From Dimorphilus gyrociliatus (taxonomy: Eukaryota; Animalia; Annelida): 64,000 nucleotides of DNA. The notes beneath the pieces are model-generated. The model ran no database searches and was not told where the DNA came from. It was given only the letters and a program-made list of their open reading frames with translations. This document shows positions 50,898 through 64,000 of this stretch, piece after piece (the first letter of the stretch is position 1; each line of letters begins with the position of its first letter). Position numbers and translations under genes: made by a program. The DNA lies in NCBI GenBank assembly GCA_904063045.1, contig CAJFCJ010000025.1:806001-870000 (forward strand). The letters run 5' to 3'.

Positions 50898-53552
50898 ATG
50901 CAAAGTCCGAGACCTTTTGGTTTATTCGAACTAAGCATCAGGAATATAAGAATTTGCGAATCGTATAATGAAAATTCGGCAAAGGGAGCTAAAATTGCTA
51001 CAATAGGAACGTTGATTACCTTAATTATTGTCTTTACTATTAAGGCTTTGGTCGAAAAAAAGGATTATGTTGAAAATATACCTTTTTTCGTTGCTTTTGG
51101 CATTCTGATAATTATAGTTTTTAAGAAGTTATTCTACGTAAAACTTCGAAATTTATGGAAGAAATACAATGTTTGTAATAAACACAAAAGTTTGAAACTA
51201 TTATCAAAATATTCAAGATGGTTGGTGTTACAGTTTTTCTCAATTATTCCATTTTATCGATTAGACAGTAATACAATCATAAACATCTATTTAATGAATA
51301 TATAAATATTCATTTATTTAATTGTTTAACTTGAATTTCATTACAGGATTATTAACGTTCTCGTTTTAATAGCATCGCTAATCTTTTGTATAGTTGATAC
51401 TAGAAAGGGTGATGGGGAAAGATTAAAACCCCTTGCAGCAATTGTTTGTCTATTTTTAATATCAGTTTTATTATCCAAGGATAGATCCAAGGTAATTTAA
51501 GAATCGTAATTATTTAATTATCTTAAATATATTTACTTTCACACCTTATTAAGTTTGTTTTTATGTTTTTTTGTGCTTCTCTCTCTCTCCTCTCCCTCCT
51601 CTCTCTCCCTCTCTCTCTCTCTCGCTCTTCTGGGCCATCTTTTAATGAATCATATTTAATCGTATAGATTCCATGGGCGATTGTTTTATCGGCCTTTGCT
51701 ACTCAGTTCATTCTGGGATTCATAACTTTAAGATGGAATGTTGGTAAATCAGTTCTTGACTATATCGGGAAAAGAATAACAGACTTTCTAAATTTCGGAA
51801 ATGAGGGTGCTAGGGCCGTATTCGGAGATAAAATGTGGGATCATTGGATGGTTATGCAAGTTTGTTTAGTATTATATAAACACTCCTTTTTTCTTTCAAT
51901 ATTCTTTTTATGTAATTTAAAACAGGCAATGCCAATAGGTATCTACTTTAGCGCATTTATTGCTTTACTAAACTACTGGGGTATATTTCCTATCGTTATC
52001 AAAACTCTTGGATCAGTTATACGCCTATGCTTGGCTAGTTCTACTATAGAGAGTTTCGTAGCTGGTGCTAATATCTTTGTTGGTCCAGTAAGTCTATTTT
52101 TTTTAAGAGAGACGGAGGACATAAAAGACGATGACCGTTAGAGAAACTGTCGAAAAGAGTAATTAATAAAAGTGACTTTTAACTACAGACGGAATCAGTG
52201 GTTGCAATATCTCATACTCTATCTAAGATGACTACTTCTGAATTACATACAATTTTAGCTTGTGGATTTGCAACGCTTTCTGGCGGAACAATGGCAATGT
52301 ATATTTCATTTGGGGTAACTTGCTTATATGTATCATCGATATATAATCTGTTTATAAAATCTTTTATCAGGTTTCGCCTGTTCATATGCTTACTGCAGCG
52401 GTAATGTCAGCTCCAGCGGCGTTGCTTTTTTCCAAGATATTAAGACCGGAAATTGAAAATTCTGTTATTCAGGATAACGACAGCATTAAATTTAAAAAAA
52501 CCGGAGATGTTAACTTTTTGGCTGCTATTTCAAGAGGAGCGGAAAATTTTCTAAAAGTTATGGGTTATTTAGTAGCTAACTTGTTAGCATTCACAGCAGT
52601 TGTTCATGCTCTAAACGCTTTTGTTAGATGGTTTGGTATAAGAGTTGGTGTTCAAATCACCTTTCAAGTACGTATTATGCGAATACTGTTATTCTAATAC
52701 GTTACATAATATATATATATATTAGCATATATAAATTTATACTGTATATACGTTTTATTAATATAATAATAATATATATGTATATGTATATTCAACATAT
52801 CCGAAAGATGTCGCTCTAAAAGAACGAAACCAAAACGTTCTTCTTTAGGGGAGATTTCAAAAGATCTACAAAGCTAATTCAACGCAATTCAACGGTCAGA
52901 TAATAAATAGTTGATAGGTACTTGTTTTGTTTTGAACAGAAAATCTACTCGTACATTTTTTATCCATTGGCTTTTCTAATTGGTGTTCCAGCAAAGGATT
53001 GTTTAATTGTGGGTGAGATGATAGGGCAATCGATATTGATGAATTCCTTCTTCTCCTATAAAACTTTGGGTGATCTCATAAAAAATAGACTAGAGGGGAA
53101 AGATCCTCAGATATCGGTAGGCTTGTATACTATTTTTAATGGAAAAAGAAATTTACCGTGTTAAATTAATGTTTAAGTAATTTGTCTTCTCTATTCATTT
53201 TTTATTTCATATAGATAAAAGCAGAAACTGTTGCAACCTACGCAGTTTGTAATTTTGCCAATTTTGGCTCAATCGGTATGAACTTAGGTTCGATAGGAGG
53301 GTTCGCTCCGGAAAAGAGGCCAGTTTTATCGAAAATCGCAATTTCGGCTTTGCTCAGCGGTATTATGGCTTCTCTAATGACGGCTTCTATAGCTGGTAAG
53401 GCAAAATGGTAACGATTATAAATTATAAATAAAGAGAGGTTAATGACCGAATTGTTCATTAGCTTTCTCTTGTATTTATATGATCACTTTTAGATGCACT
53501 CGCAATAAAATCGACTTTTTATATTTCATTCACGAGGTGTTGTATTCTTTAA
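50898..53552 (+). CDS. Concentrative nucleoside transporter (SLC28/CNT family), divergent
   Basis: Multi-exon. IPWAIV...QFILG, ANIFVGP|TES, MTTSELHTILACGFATLSGG..YISFG, AAVMSAPAAL..SKILRPE, ANLLAF, YIFYPLAFLIGVP, TYAVCNFANFGSIGMNLGSIGG.APEKR. Last exon (53494-53552) is tentative. Confidence 0.9.
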
Positions 53553-53693
53553 TACGAACGAAATTATTGATAAATAACAACAACTATTTTCATCCTTAAG
53601 TAATGTTATATGTACTGTCACTAGTAGGAGTAATTAGCTCATGTATATCCGATTGATATGTTTTCTTTTAACAGGCCTAGTTACAAATTCCAA

Positions 53694-56600
53694 CTAAGTT
53701 TCAACGGGCGTGACTCCTCTATCAGTATTTGTGGGAGCATTGACATTTTGATTTTCTCTTTTAATTGATCTTTGATTTTCTAATTCAATGGCTTTTTTGG
53801 CATCTTCTGAGAATTTCTAGAAGATAAGGAAAAAACAAAAAGAAAGGAAATGAAATTGATATTAATTAACATTTCTATTAAGATTAAGTTAGGACAAAAC
53901 AAAAAAAAAGTATTATAAAAACCATAAGAGCCAAACTCATAAAATAAGGTTTGGAATCTCCGTCATTTTCTCTACAATCCAAGCAAAAGCATAGGAATAT
54001 CGTATCAACGGCAATCTGTTGTATTATTTATGCTTTAAATTTACTGCACAATTTTTCCAAGAGAGGTTTCATACTCTTTATACAACTTACATGAAAGATA
54101 TTTAGGAAAACTGATGCAGTTAGATAGGCAAGTATAAAGGCGATAACCAGGGGAAGCCACCAATAGCAAATCTTTTCATTATGCTTGTAGGAAAGAAATT
54201 CAATCAATTATTCTCTTTTCTGTTTAGAAAAGATCATATTCTTCAACCAACAAGTACTTACGTTAAAACCAAATATTCCAATAACTAAAACTGCTACTGC
54301 GACTAATATCTTGCCAACGAATAGAACGAACCAGCCTACTCCATTAATTACTGCCGCTCTTAAAGGATTCTCCAAAAGGAGAGAAAATGCTTTTCCTGCT
54401 CCTTGACAAAAGTTAACTCCCTTCATGGCTGAAAAAGATAATAATCAGAGTATAGATTTATACTATTAAAAATTTATCTAGATAATGGTAATGGAAGAAG
54501 AAGGATATTGAACTAAAGTAAAATACAATTTTGATATGATACTAACCAACCATGATATATGCATTCCTATTTAAGAATTTGATAAACTTTTCGAAACACC
54601 ATAATAAACATTTTAAGCATTTAAAGAAGAAATCGATGCAGAGACCCTTTTTTCCAACAATCCTTTTAATATGGAGATAAGTTATAGGAACATCTAGCTG
54701 TCTATACAAATATATAGTTATTGTATGTTCTACCTCTGTTCTATTTGACGTAATAATATCTGTAAGAATTTTACTATGGCAAGCAATAATGAACCAAAAA
54801 TTGCGCTTCCCAAATGATAGAATATTAAATTTTTCATTGATCTTAAAATAGGCGATTTCAATAGTTTTTTATCTTTAGTGAAATACCATATTGATACACT
54901 GCCAGAATAGACAATAAACTGGCAATCTTTTACGAAAATAAATACCCAAATTGAACCAAACAAGAAACCCCATTTTGAGTAATTTAATATATCATCTTGC
55001 TCATATGAAACGTAATCCGTTAACGTATGCCTTATTGGCTTTCCTATAAGAATAGAATATTGAATGGCATAATTGCATGTGTTCCACCTAACAAATTAAA
55101 ATTGAAAATAACCTGCAGTGAAAACGAAAGTAGCCAAAATAATGAGGCTGATTAGTACTGAAGTTGTTACGATAAAAGACTGTATAATTTAAATAAAAAA
55201 CAAAAACTAAATAAGTAATTATTCATAAATTAGCACAGATTATACAGTATAGCTATATCCATATATTGTAAATATAGAATGTATAAAATATCTGAAATCC
55301 TATACATACTATGTACTATATATAGATATATTCTATATATACAATATGTATATAGTATATACATCTCTACGATTAATGATAAATTATTAATTAACTGACT
55401 ATCAAAGGTAGAAATAGAAGGACGGGCATCTTCCTCAGGGCTTTTCCAGCTTCAGAAAATATTTGAATAAGCTTTACCAAGAAATGTGTATTAGTCATTT
55501 CCTTTTATATACAGTATATATATTATAAGATATTAATAATTTAGGTTACCAGGTAAAGTCTCTTTCTCAAAACGAAAAAGAGTAAAAGTATTATCACAGT
55601 TGCGCAGCTAACAATACAAGGCAAAATTAAATTTTTCTTATCCTTGTGATTCTGATAATATCTAAACCTTGATGAAATATAAAAGAGGTACAAAAAGAAG
55701 GAAAATTGAAAATAAAACAACAATGAAAAGAATAATATGTACCATAAATATCCGGTGAGGGCCATGGAGGAGACGCTTCCTAAAATTATCACTGTATATA
55801 TAAGTATTCTTGCAAGCCAAGCCATTAGGAGCGTTACTAATAATGAAAGGGCTGTAAAATGAATAAAAAACATAAATGTATAAAGGAATCGGATGATTAG
55901 ACTAGAGAAATATATGTATATATATATATAAGCTTGGAATTAACAGTACCTAGACCTATTAGCAATAGCATTAAGAGTGGAAACCAACTGACACGGATAT
56001 CGTTGAGAGCTTCCTATTAAAAAGATTAGACAAGAAAATTTAAGTATATAAAAATTTATTAAAAGACAAAAGAACAAATGCTAACGGAAAGGAATAGAGA
56101 AAAAGTGTATAAAGATTTAACATACAATCTATAAATGTTTTGTTTTTTACTGTTCTTTCAATAACCTTACCAATAAATTTTCAAGAATATCATTTTTCAA
56201 ATTGCAAGCATCCGATAATTTTACCGATACTGATACAGGAAATTTTACTCTTGGAACGCAACGATTCAAGATGTCAATTCTGTTATTCAACAAATAAAAG
56301 GGAAGGAAAACGTTTTTTATAATACATTTACAGTATACGATTTACGTTTCAGTTAAGGGCAAGGGAGGGCATCTATCTTTTTCGCTGTCTCCATTAAATA
56401 TACGAGAATTGTTAACGTCGTATCTGCAAAGGCTACTCTTTGCTTTGAGGGAGAACTTTTTATGGTCTTCAACGTTTGTAATATTTTCAGGACATGTACG
56501 AACGCATACAATAGTTCCAGGAATTTCATCGTAAAATGGAAAGATTGAGCGAAAATTGTAAAAATAGACTTTGCTAAAAGTAAAAGTAATTATTAATTAA

Positions 56601-57112
56601 TTAGTAAGTTTTTTTAATGTTTAAATTAGAAAGGAATTAGTATTCTTTTTTTTCTTTTTTTTGCAATATTTGCTCTTACTTGTATCCTTTTAAGTTAATA
56701 CCGCTAAGCTTATGACCTTTGAATTCTGACCATTTTTCTTCTAAAGGAGTATTATCCACATTGCAAGTGTTACCATAACTATCTTGACCATATATTATTC
56801 TTAAGGGATGACCGTATAAATTTGCTATATAGGCAATATAAGCCTGTAATGTAGGATAGGAAAGAATAACAGGATTATTCAACATTAAATTTAGAGTGAA
56901 TACGAATTAGGTTCAATCCTCTATTAAATATATAGACATTTATACAATTACGTAAGCCTAAGAAAGCTTTAAGAGATTTAAAAAGAATTAACCATTCCTC
57001 CAAGAACACATAGGAATAACAATAGGCATAAAATATCCGTGCACGATCTCTTAGAAACGAAAATAGCTTCATTTTCTGGTTGAACTCTATTGTTTCGTAG
57101 GCTCTTTTGCAT
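53694..57112 (-). CDS. Choline transporter-like protein (SLC44/CTL family, CTL1-like)
   Basis: KRSCTDILCLLLF, GHPLRIIYGQDSYGNTC, LRKRLYL...EAGKAL..MP, YHLGSAIFGSLLLAIVK, NFCQGAGKAFSLLLENPLR.AVINGVG.FVLFVGK. Last exon ends ...GVTPVET* at 53694. Confidence 0.92.
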
Positions 57113-58359
57113 ATTAAAGTAGATAATTGAATATTGAGTTTTTATTCAATATATATCAAGTGAAATTTTTATATTAAAATCTTCTTTTCGTTGGTTATAT
57201 TGTCATTTTAGTAAGGATACGCCATTACTGCGTTATATTCACATATGTATTGATCTCTATTCATTGTTTATAGTGTTGCCAAGTTCTAGTTGAGGGAAAA
57301 TGGTTATACACTGAATTTTAATCATAACTAGTTTAAAGATTTTGCATAACAAGGTAGAAAAGATAGATATTACCTTTTATCTATAGTTGAATATCTTATT
57401 AATTCTTTTATTTAGTGATTTTGCATTGTTTCTTAAAAGTTATTAATAGTAAAGAAATGATCTATTTACTCTTTCTACTTCATTTGTTGTTTATTTTCAA
57501 ATTTTAAATAAAATACATTATAATTTTTAGTTATAGAATGTTTAAATAATGAATTAGATCAATCTTATTATAAAAAACTCATATTAAATATCATAACTAA
57601 AGACGAATTTACTACTTTGTCCTTTCTTCTTTACAACAGTAAAGAACATTGTAAATTGAGTAACGTCTACCTGCAAGAAAGAAGTATTCACTTCATGTCA
57701 TAGAAAGAATAAAATATCATTTCTAATGTACTTTTAATCAAACTAAGAATCTTTATCTGCATAATAAAAATTATATTAAGCAATAAGGTTATGTAATACT
57801 CCAACAATTCCAACTTTTCATTCATCAATTCATCTATCTATATAAGTAAATTTTCTTTTTTACCTAGACATTGATTTACATATTTAAATCAAGAAATATT
57901 TTGCATTCATCTTTCGTTATTTATATATTATATATAACCCTGTATATACTGTATATATAGCTTTGTACAGATAGCAAATTCTTAACTAATTGTAAGGTTT
58001 AAGAGGCCAAGTGCATCAATTTTATCTGGACAATTTAATATACTAGACGTAACACGTATAGTTTAAATAAAACCATATATCCACTATAGGTATAATATTT
58101 ATTTATATAAGCTTATATAGATTTATAAATCCTTTATAATACTAAATATATAACAAATCCTTTCAAGTAATAATAACCTTTTAATCTTTTGCCCTAATCT
58201 ATTGAAGGTAGTTTAAGAATGATTGTCTAACAGGGTCAGATTCAAGGAGAAAATTTTATTACCAAGGTCGATTATTTCACATTAACGATTTTTATATCAT
58301 ATTTTGTAATTCTTCCAAGTATTTCTAGTGTTAATATAAACATTCTATATATGCGTTTA

Positions 58360-58403
<44 letters not shown>

Positions 58404-61400
58404 CATATGTATGTATAGATATAGATTCTTTATTTTGTAATATAAAAATTGTAGAAACAAAATTATCCTTATACCGTATAGTGTATATAATAAGGTCGAG
58501 AGTACAAAGCTCCTGAAAGAAGTGATATTGCATGGATGAACTTTTTTATCTAATTAAATGGAAGGAAAGCGTGGGAGGACCAGAAAGGACGAGCGAGGAG
58601 AGGAACAGCAAGAGAGAGAGAGAGAGAGAGTGGGGGAGTGTGGTTTAAAGGCAGAACGGAAGACAAATTAGAAACAACTAAGAATTTATCTCTTTCTTTA
58701 ACACCCACACTAACATAAAAATATATTTTCACGGAAACATATATGCATATGCACAACCGCATGCCTTTTAAGTTCTAACAAACTAGGAAGGATATAAGAA
58801 TAATAAACCTTTCTCTCTATTAAATGCTTACTCATAAGAATCTCTTTCTAACTTATTTACGGAAGGTTTTGTTAATTTAATTTCATAATTTAAACTTGAT
58901 AACATTGGAAAAAAGTTTTCTTCTTTCATTCTTTCTGCTTTTCTCCATCTTACTGCATTGTTTATAAAAAAGAGGAGTCACACAGACGCAAAGTAATATC
59001 TTCTGTATAAAAAATAAAAGAGTAAGAGTGGAGACAATTGAATTGTAGTTGGTTGTTCGAACAAGGGGAAACCATACGTAATTAGGCTTGTAACTAAAAC
59101 TGTAGAGCCTGTGTTGCACGATAAGGAGATGGAGGAAAGAGAATGAAAGGAGAAAAAAAAATCTTTTAGGGATTTTGTAATGAATGATTGGAGAATTCTA
59201 TGAAGCAAGCTATAAAAAATCATAAGCCACCTAAATATACATTGGACAAATCCTCACAGATTTTAACAGTGTAGTGTAATAAAAAGATAATTCTATAAAA
59301 AGATAATACTTAAGGAATCTATATGACTAAAATCTTGGACTTGAGTATGTAAATTACAAAAAATGAGAGTTAAGTACTTTTCATATCACATCTTCTGTGA
59401 CATATACCAATATATATGTATACATGTATATGTATGTATAAAATCTGTACGTTTTATCTATAAATCTATATGTAATACTGATATATTATACTTTTCTATT
59501 ATATATATATAGATAGATAGATATATATAAACAGTATATGTTATATAGAGTGTACTTTATCTTCCATATAATTCATCTATCAATATTTAATTGTGTTTTT
59601 ATCATAATTTTTGATGGGAATAATTCAATATATTATTATTACTAATAAATAATTTATAACTATTAATCTATAATTTTAAACGCTTATAAATCTTATTATC
59701 AATCAGCTAAAATTAGTTGGTTTGCATTTAATGAGCTGATCTTTTCTATCTTCGATTAATTTTCTCATCATTTATTCTATTTTTAACACCGTTAGAAAAA
59801 CAGAGAGCTAGTGTGTGTGTTCGTCTCTCTTCTATGTGCACGTGTGCTTATCTCTTTATGATAAATATAATTTGGGAAGTTCAAAATATGGCCATCTTAT
59901 TTAATATTTTTGATTTCTAAGCATCGAATAAATCATTACTTTTCTCTTAAATAAATATACCGTAAATTATATAAATAGCTAATGTTAATCGTAAAGATTT
60001 CGTTAAAAAAAAAAACAATATTAGCTTAACGATTGATTACTTTATCTTTAGTTTTCCATTCGTTTACACAATAAAATAATTTCCCTACTTGACCCTGAGA
60101 CGTGTTATATAGAGATTGTGAATATATATAGACAATGTATAATATCTTGTTAGCAATACAAGATAATGAATTTAAAATAGTCTATGTTGTATATGTTAGA
60201 AAACAGAGATTATTTACTTGTTATTCTGTTTCTCTTGTATTTTTGGAAAATTTATCAAAAGAAAAGAAACAGGTTTAAATTGGTGTTTCCACCTCAAGCT
60301 ATTCATAGTCTATTGCTAATCAACGCGCCTGAGGATGCCAACCAATCAGAATTAGAGTTTCGGTAACCCGTACACATTTTACTTTATCCTTTCTTCCGCC
60401 CACTTGGAATTATACACAGAATACTATATATATATATATACTTTGTCTATTGATTACAAACTATGGTAAAGGATAAAAAGACTATTTATCTAAAAAGTGA
60501 CCTATTAATTAAACAAATACTATTTTTTATCAAACAGGAGAAAGCGAAATAAATACACTTTCAACTTTTCTTGTTGTAATTCATTATGTTAGATAGTAAT
60601 ATAACAGTACATTATATATTACATACTTTTATTACTCCTTTGTTATTCTATATACTGTAGTATTATATTGTATATCTTCTGTAAAGTAGGTTATGCAACA
60701 TACTCTGTTTAGAATTTCATCCAAATAGTAAGTGAATAGGTAATATACTGTATTTCCTATATGTAGCTGTGATTGCTTTCTCTATAGAGCTTAACAATCA
60801 TACGAAAAGGAAATATCAGTTTTATATTTCCTAGAAAAGCTCAATGTTTAGAAGAGGGAAATTTTATAATTCACACTCTTATATTTCAAATAATTAATAG
60901 CTGTCCAGTGAGGGAAATGCTACTCTTTTAAATGTCCTTGACTAATTTTTTTCATGTGTTGTCTGTTTGAAGAATTTGCGGTTCAATATCCTTAAGAAGT
61001 GCGTCATCTAAAAGGGCAATTAATGAAACTCTAGTATGTAGAGTATATATTGTATACAGAAATGGAAAGCGTATTTCTTTTCTCTTATCTCCAAAGGCTA
61101 TGAGGTTTATGTTAGTTTAGAAGATGAAGTTTAATTATTGACCGATTTATTTAGAATCAACCAAGAATACAGTTATATATATACATCCCCTTTTTAAATG
61201 ATATCGTCGTTATTACTGTAGAAAGAGATTTTATAAAAGACTAGTAGGATAATACTGATAATAGTGCCGATTAAACAGAGCTATCTATTAAACAAGAAAT
61301 GATGTACAGAGAATCGATGATTCGGCAATTTCCGTTTAAAAATCGTAATTATTCATCACGTAATTCGGTCAGTTATGTTCTATTGATTATTCCTTATTAT

Positions 61401-61707
61401 TGATAAGGAAAAAAAACAAAGAGAAACTATTTATACTTCATTTTATACTTTATTCGTTTTATTGAAAAATATTCCATGTACCTTTTATGTAAAGGTAAAC
61501 TATAAACGTCCGCAATGATTTCATTTCGTTCCTTTATACTCTTATAATCGATTCCATAGAAAATCTAATTAATGACTTAGCATAAATTTTAGCTTCTTAT
61601 ATTTGAGTTTTTTATACCTATGATGTCTTTGAGATTTTTCCCTTTTATTCCTTTCCCATCTAACTTCTCTAGGTTGATTTCGATTAACTCTACATAGAAC
61701 TAAGTGA

Positions 61708-61832
61708 GCGAATGACTGAGCGAGTGAGCGAGTGAGTGAGTGAGAGTGAGAGAGAGAGTGAGAGAGTAAGTAAGTAAGTAAGCGAGTGAGTGAAGGAGAG
61801 ACAGATAGATAGATAGAGAGAGAGGGGGGAGA
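61708..61832. repeat. Compound tetranucleotide microsatellite (GAGT/GAGC/TAAG/TAGA)n
   Basis: Directly visible; related (GAAT)/(GAGT) run at about 63701-63748. Confidence 0.85.
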
Positions 61833-64000
61833 CAATTGATTTATTCAATTATTGTTATTTATATGTAATATGAAATACTTCTAATGGTTTGTTTATGTCA
61901 AGATAAAAACCATACATAGGGTTTACTAAAACTGAATATCCTATTTTTTGTCTGCATCATTTCCCCACAGGGAAAGCTATACATAGAGCTCTGACTAAAG
62001 ATTAACTCTACTAATAATTAATAACTCTCTTTCGTCTACAATCGTCTTGAAAAGTAAAATTTTTCTCTATATTGTATAAACATTCACGAAATATTAATTG
62101 TCTTCATTTAATTTCTCATTTGTTGATTTGCTAATTTCGAGTATTGCGTTAAGAGCAAATTACAAGACAATTAACTTTATCCCATTAATATACTTATTTT
62201 TTTTAACTTAAACGACCGTGGTGCCACCTATTAATCATTCTTTTTTTAATATTCTATTTTGAGAGTAATTAGCCACTTGACTATACCTTTTTTTTTCCTT
62301 TAATAACAGCATTTCAGATAAAATATTTAAGAGTTGTTTTTATCACCTACTAAGCTTGTTTACCCCTTTCTGATATATATCTATCAATTTATCTGTTTAT
62401 CTATTTATCTTGCATATTTACACTATTCCCTTTTCCTATTATTTTTAAAAACTCTAACGATTGCTTACTGTTATACTTTGAATCCTAAGTCTTATTCATA
62501 GAAATATCTAAATCTAGTTAAATTACTGTTATAATTAAAATATTATTATTATGACAAGTAATAGCGATAATAACGATAATAAACCTAAATCTGTTAGATT
62601 AAAAAATTTTTCTCAAAGGATTGATTTATTTGTGAAAAATTAATCTCTATAAAGTTTCATTAATAGAATCAGGTTTTTTTCCTTTTAACATCAAAGTGGA
62701 CTGTTTTGATGAAAATGTAATTTATAACTACGCAGGTTTTTTTTTCTCCAGTTATTTAAAACGAACTCTTACGTTGTTTGTCAAACTTTAATATGGTTAA
62801 GAATATCATTGTTTTGTATTATAGTCTGAAATTATTTATAATTTCAATTTTAATTAACAGTCTAGAAATTGTGTGATAGACAGAAGAGTAGCTAACAAGA
62901 AGGCAAACTGAGAAAGGTTGACGAGATGCTACTTAGTTTTTTTGCGTTTAAAAAAAGATATAGAAAATGAGGAGGTGTGGAACGAAACTATAAAGAGAAA
63001 ACCAAGAGTAGGAAGTTGGTGGGTAGGTAGATAGTCAGGTAGATGTGTATAGAGTATATTAGGCACCTAGGTATCTAGGTAGCTAAGGAAGAGAAGAAGT
63101 GTGTATATTTTAAGTAATTGAATAATAAAATAGGTTTAATAAATTCTCTCTTTCTCTACCCATGCATAAAGATAAGTCTTTTATTCCTTAGTATATACTG
63201 CAACAGATTCTTTAAAAATTTTAATAATAAGATAAAACTCTTTTAAATTATTAAGTTAAAATGATGCTCTATCGGTGAGAAATAAGATGAGAGAAAATAG
63301 AGAAAAAAAGCATTGATTTCTTTCTCTTTACCATCAGTCTTTACTAATTATATTCTATCAAAAAAAAGAGAAAAATTTGGCTTTGTATACAGGAAATGGA
63401 ATTAAAAAATATATAATTCTCTAGTCCTCGAGTTAAACAGTCTTAAGGCAGTATTATATTTTTTTGCCTTAGCAGGAAATTGATATTTTCAAAAATCCAT
63501 TCTTTCAATTCAATTACCCCTCTTACAACAACACATTAAGTTCTAATTGAATCATTCTTTTATGAAAGCCTACTTTGTTTATTATAAGAGGATACTCTTA
63601 AAAGATAGTAAAAACGTTACTTTCTTTATCAATGATTTTAATAGTAAAAACGAAACTAATATAATTTTACAAGAATGGAAGTAAAGAGAATAAAAGAATG
63701 AATGAATGATCGATTGATTTAGTGAGTGAGTGAGTGAGTGAGTGATTGAGAAAAAAAAAACAACAACAAACGTTAAATTAGAAAAAGTATTAATCATGCA
63801 AACTGTTTGATTTATCATATTTATAAAAAGCACTAAATTCCCTTTCAACAACCAAGTTTTTCGTTAGCAAATATTTTCAGTTTAACTAATTAAAGTCACG
63901 ACAAATTAATAAGTAAAAGTAAAAGAGTTAAATGCGCTTAATAAAAATATTAATCTTTTTCCATGTATAACTAACTGCGTGCGGTAAATACATTTCTTCT

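Noticed and set aside
61708-61832. Regular repeat as a possible CRISPR-like or telomeric array
   Set aside because: Simple tetranucleotide units with no spacers; no TTAGGG or TTAGG run; the context is eukaryotic.
1-64000. Autonomous mobile elements
   Set aside because: No transposase, RT, integrase or Helitron motifs in the ORF track, and no long terminal or inverted repeats seen by eye; short MITEs cannot be excluded without a repeat library.

Overview
AT-rich eukaryotic (animal) DNA with many very short GT-AG introns (often 55-90 nt). It is not prokaryotic: I saw no CRISPR array, rRNA, tRNA or transposase. The synapsin N-terminus and intron sizes suggest a compact lophotrochozoan genome such as a miniaturised annelid (inference, unverified). 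By splicing exons by eye I reconstruct 10 protein-coding genes: (1) a secreted mosaic protein, Sushi-?-Kringle-Sushi-LamG-Caspr-type fibrinogen-like-EGF-Sushi, running off the left edge; (2) a DUF229 protein; (3) synapsin; (4) a large WD40 protein; (5) a micro-exon-encoded C2 plus degenerate DH (RhoGEF-like) protein, largely missed by the ORF track; (6) an orphan class A GPCR; (7) a dopamine transporter; (8-9) two tandem divergent GPCRs; (10) a divergent concentrative nucleoside transporter. An eleventh gene, a choline transporter-like protein, converges on gene 10. The best leads are the C2-pseudoDH protein, synapsin without its usually nested TIMP, the CNT with altered substrate-binding residues, the mosaic protein, enrichment of perfect CRE palindromes, and many TACAGTA/TACTGTA motifs resembling Tc1/mariner excision footprints. 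All exon models, family calls and counts were made by eye, without database searches.
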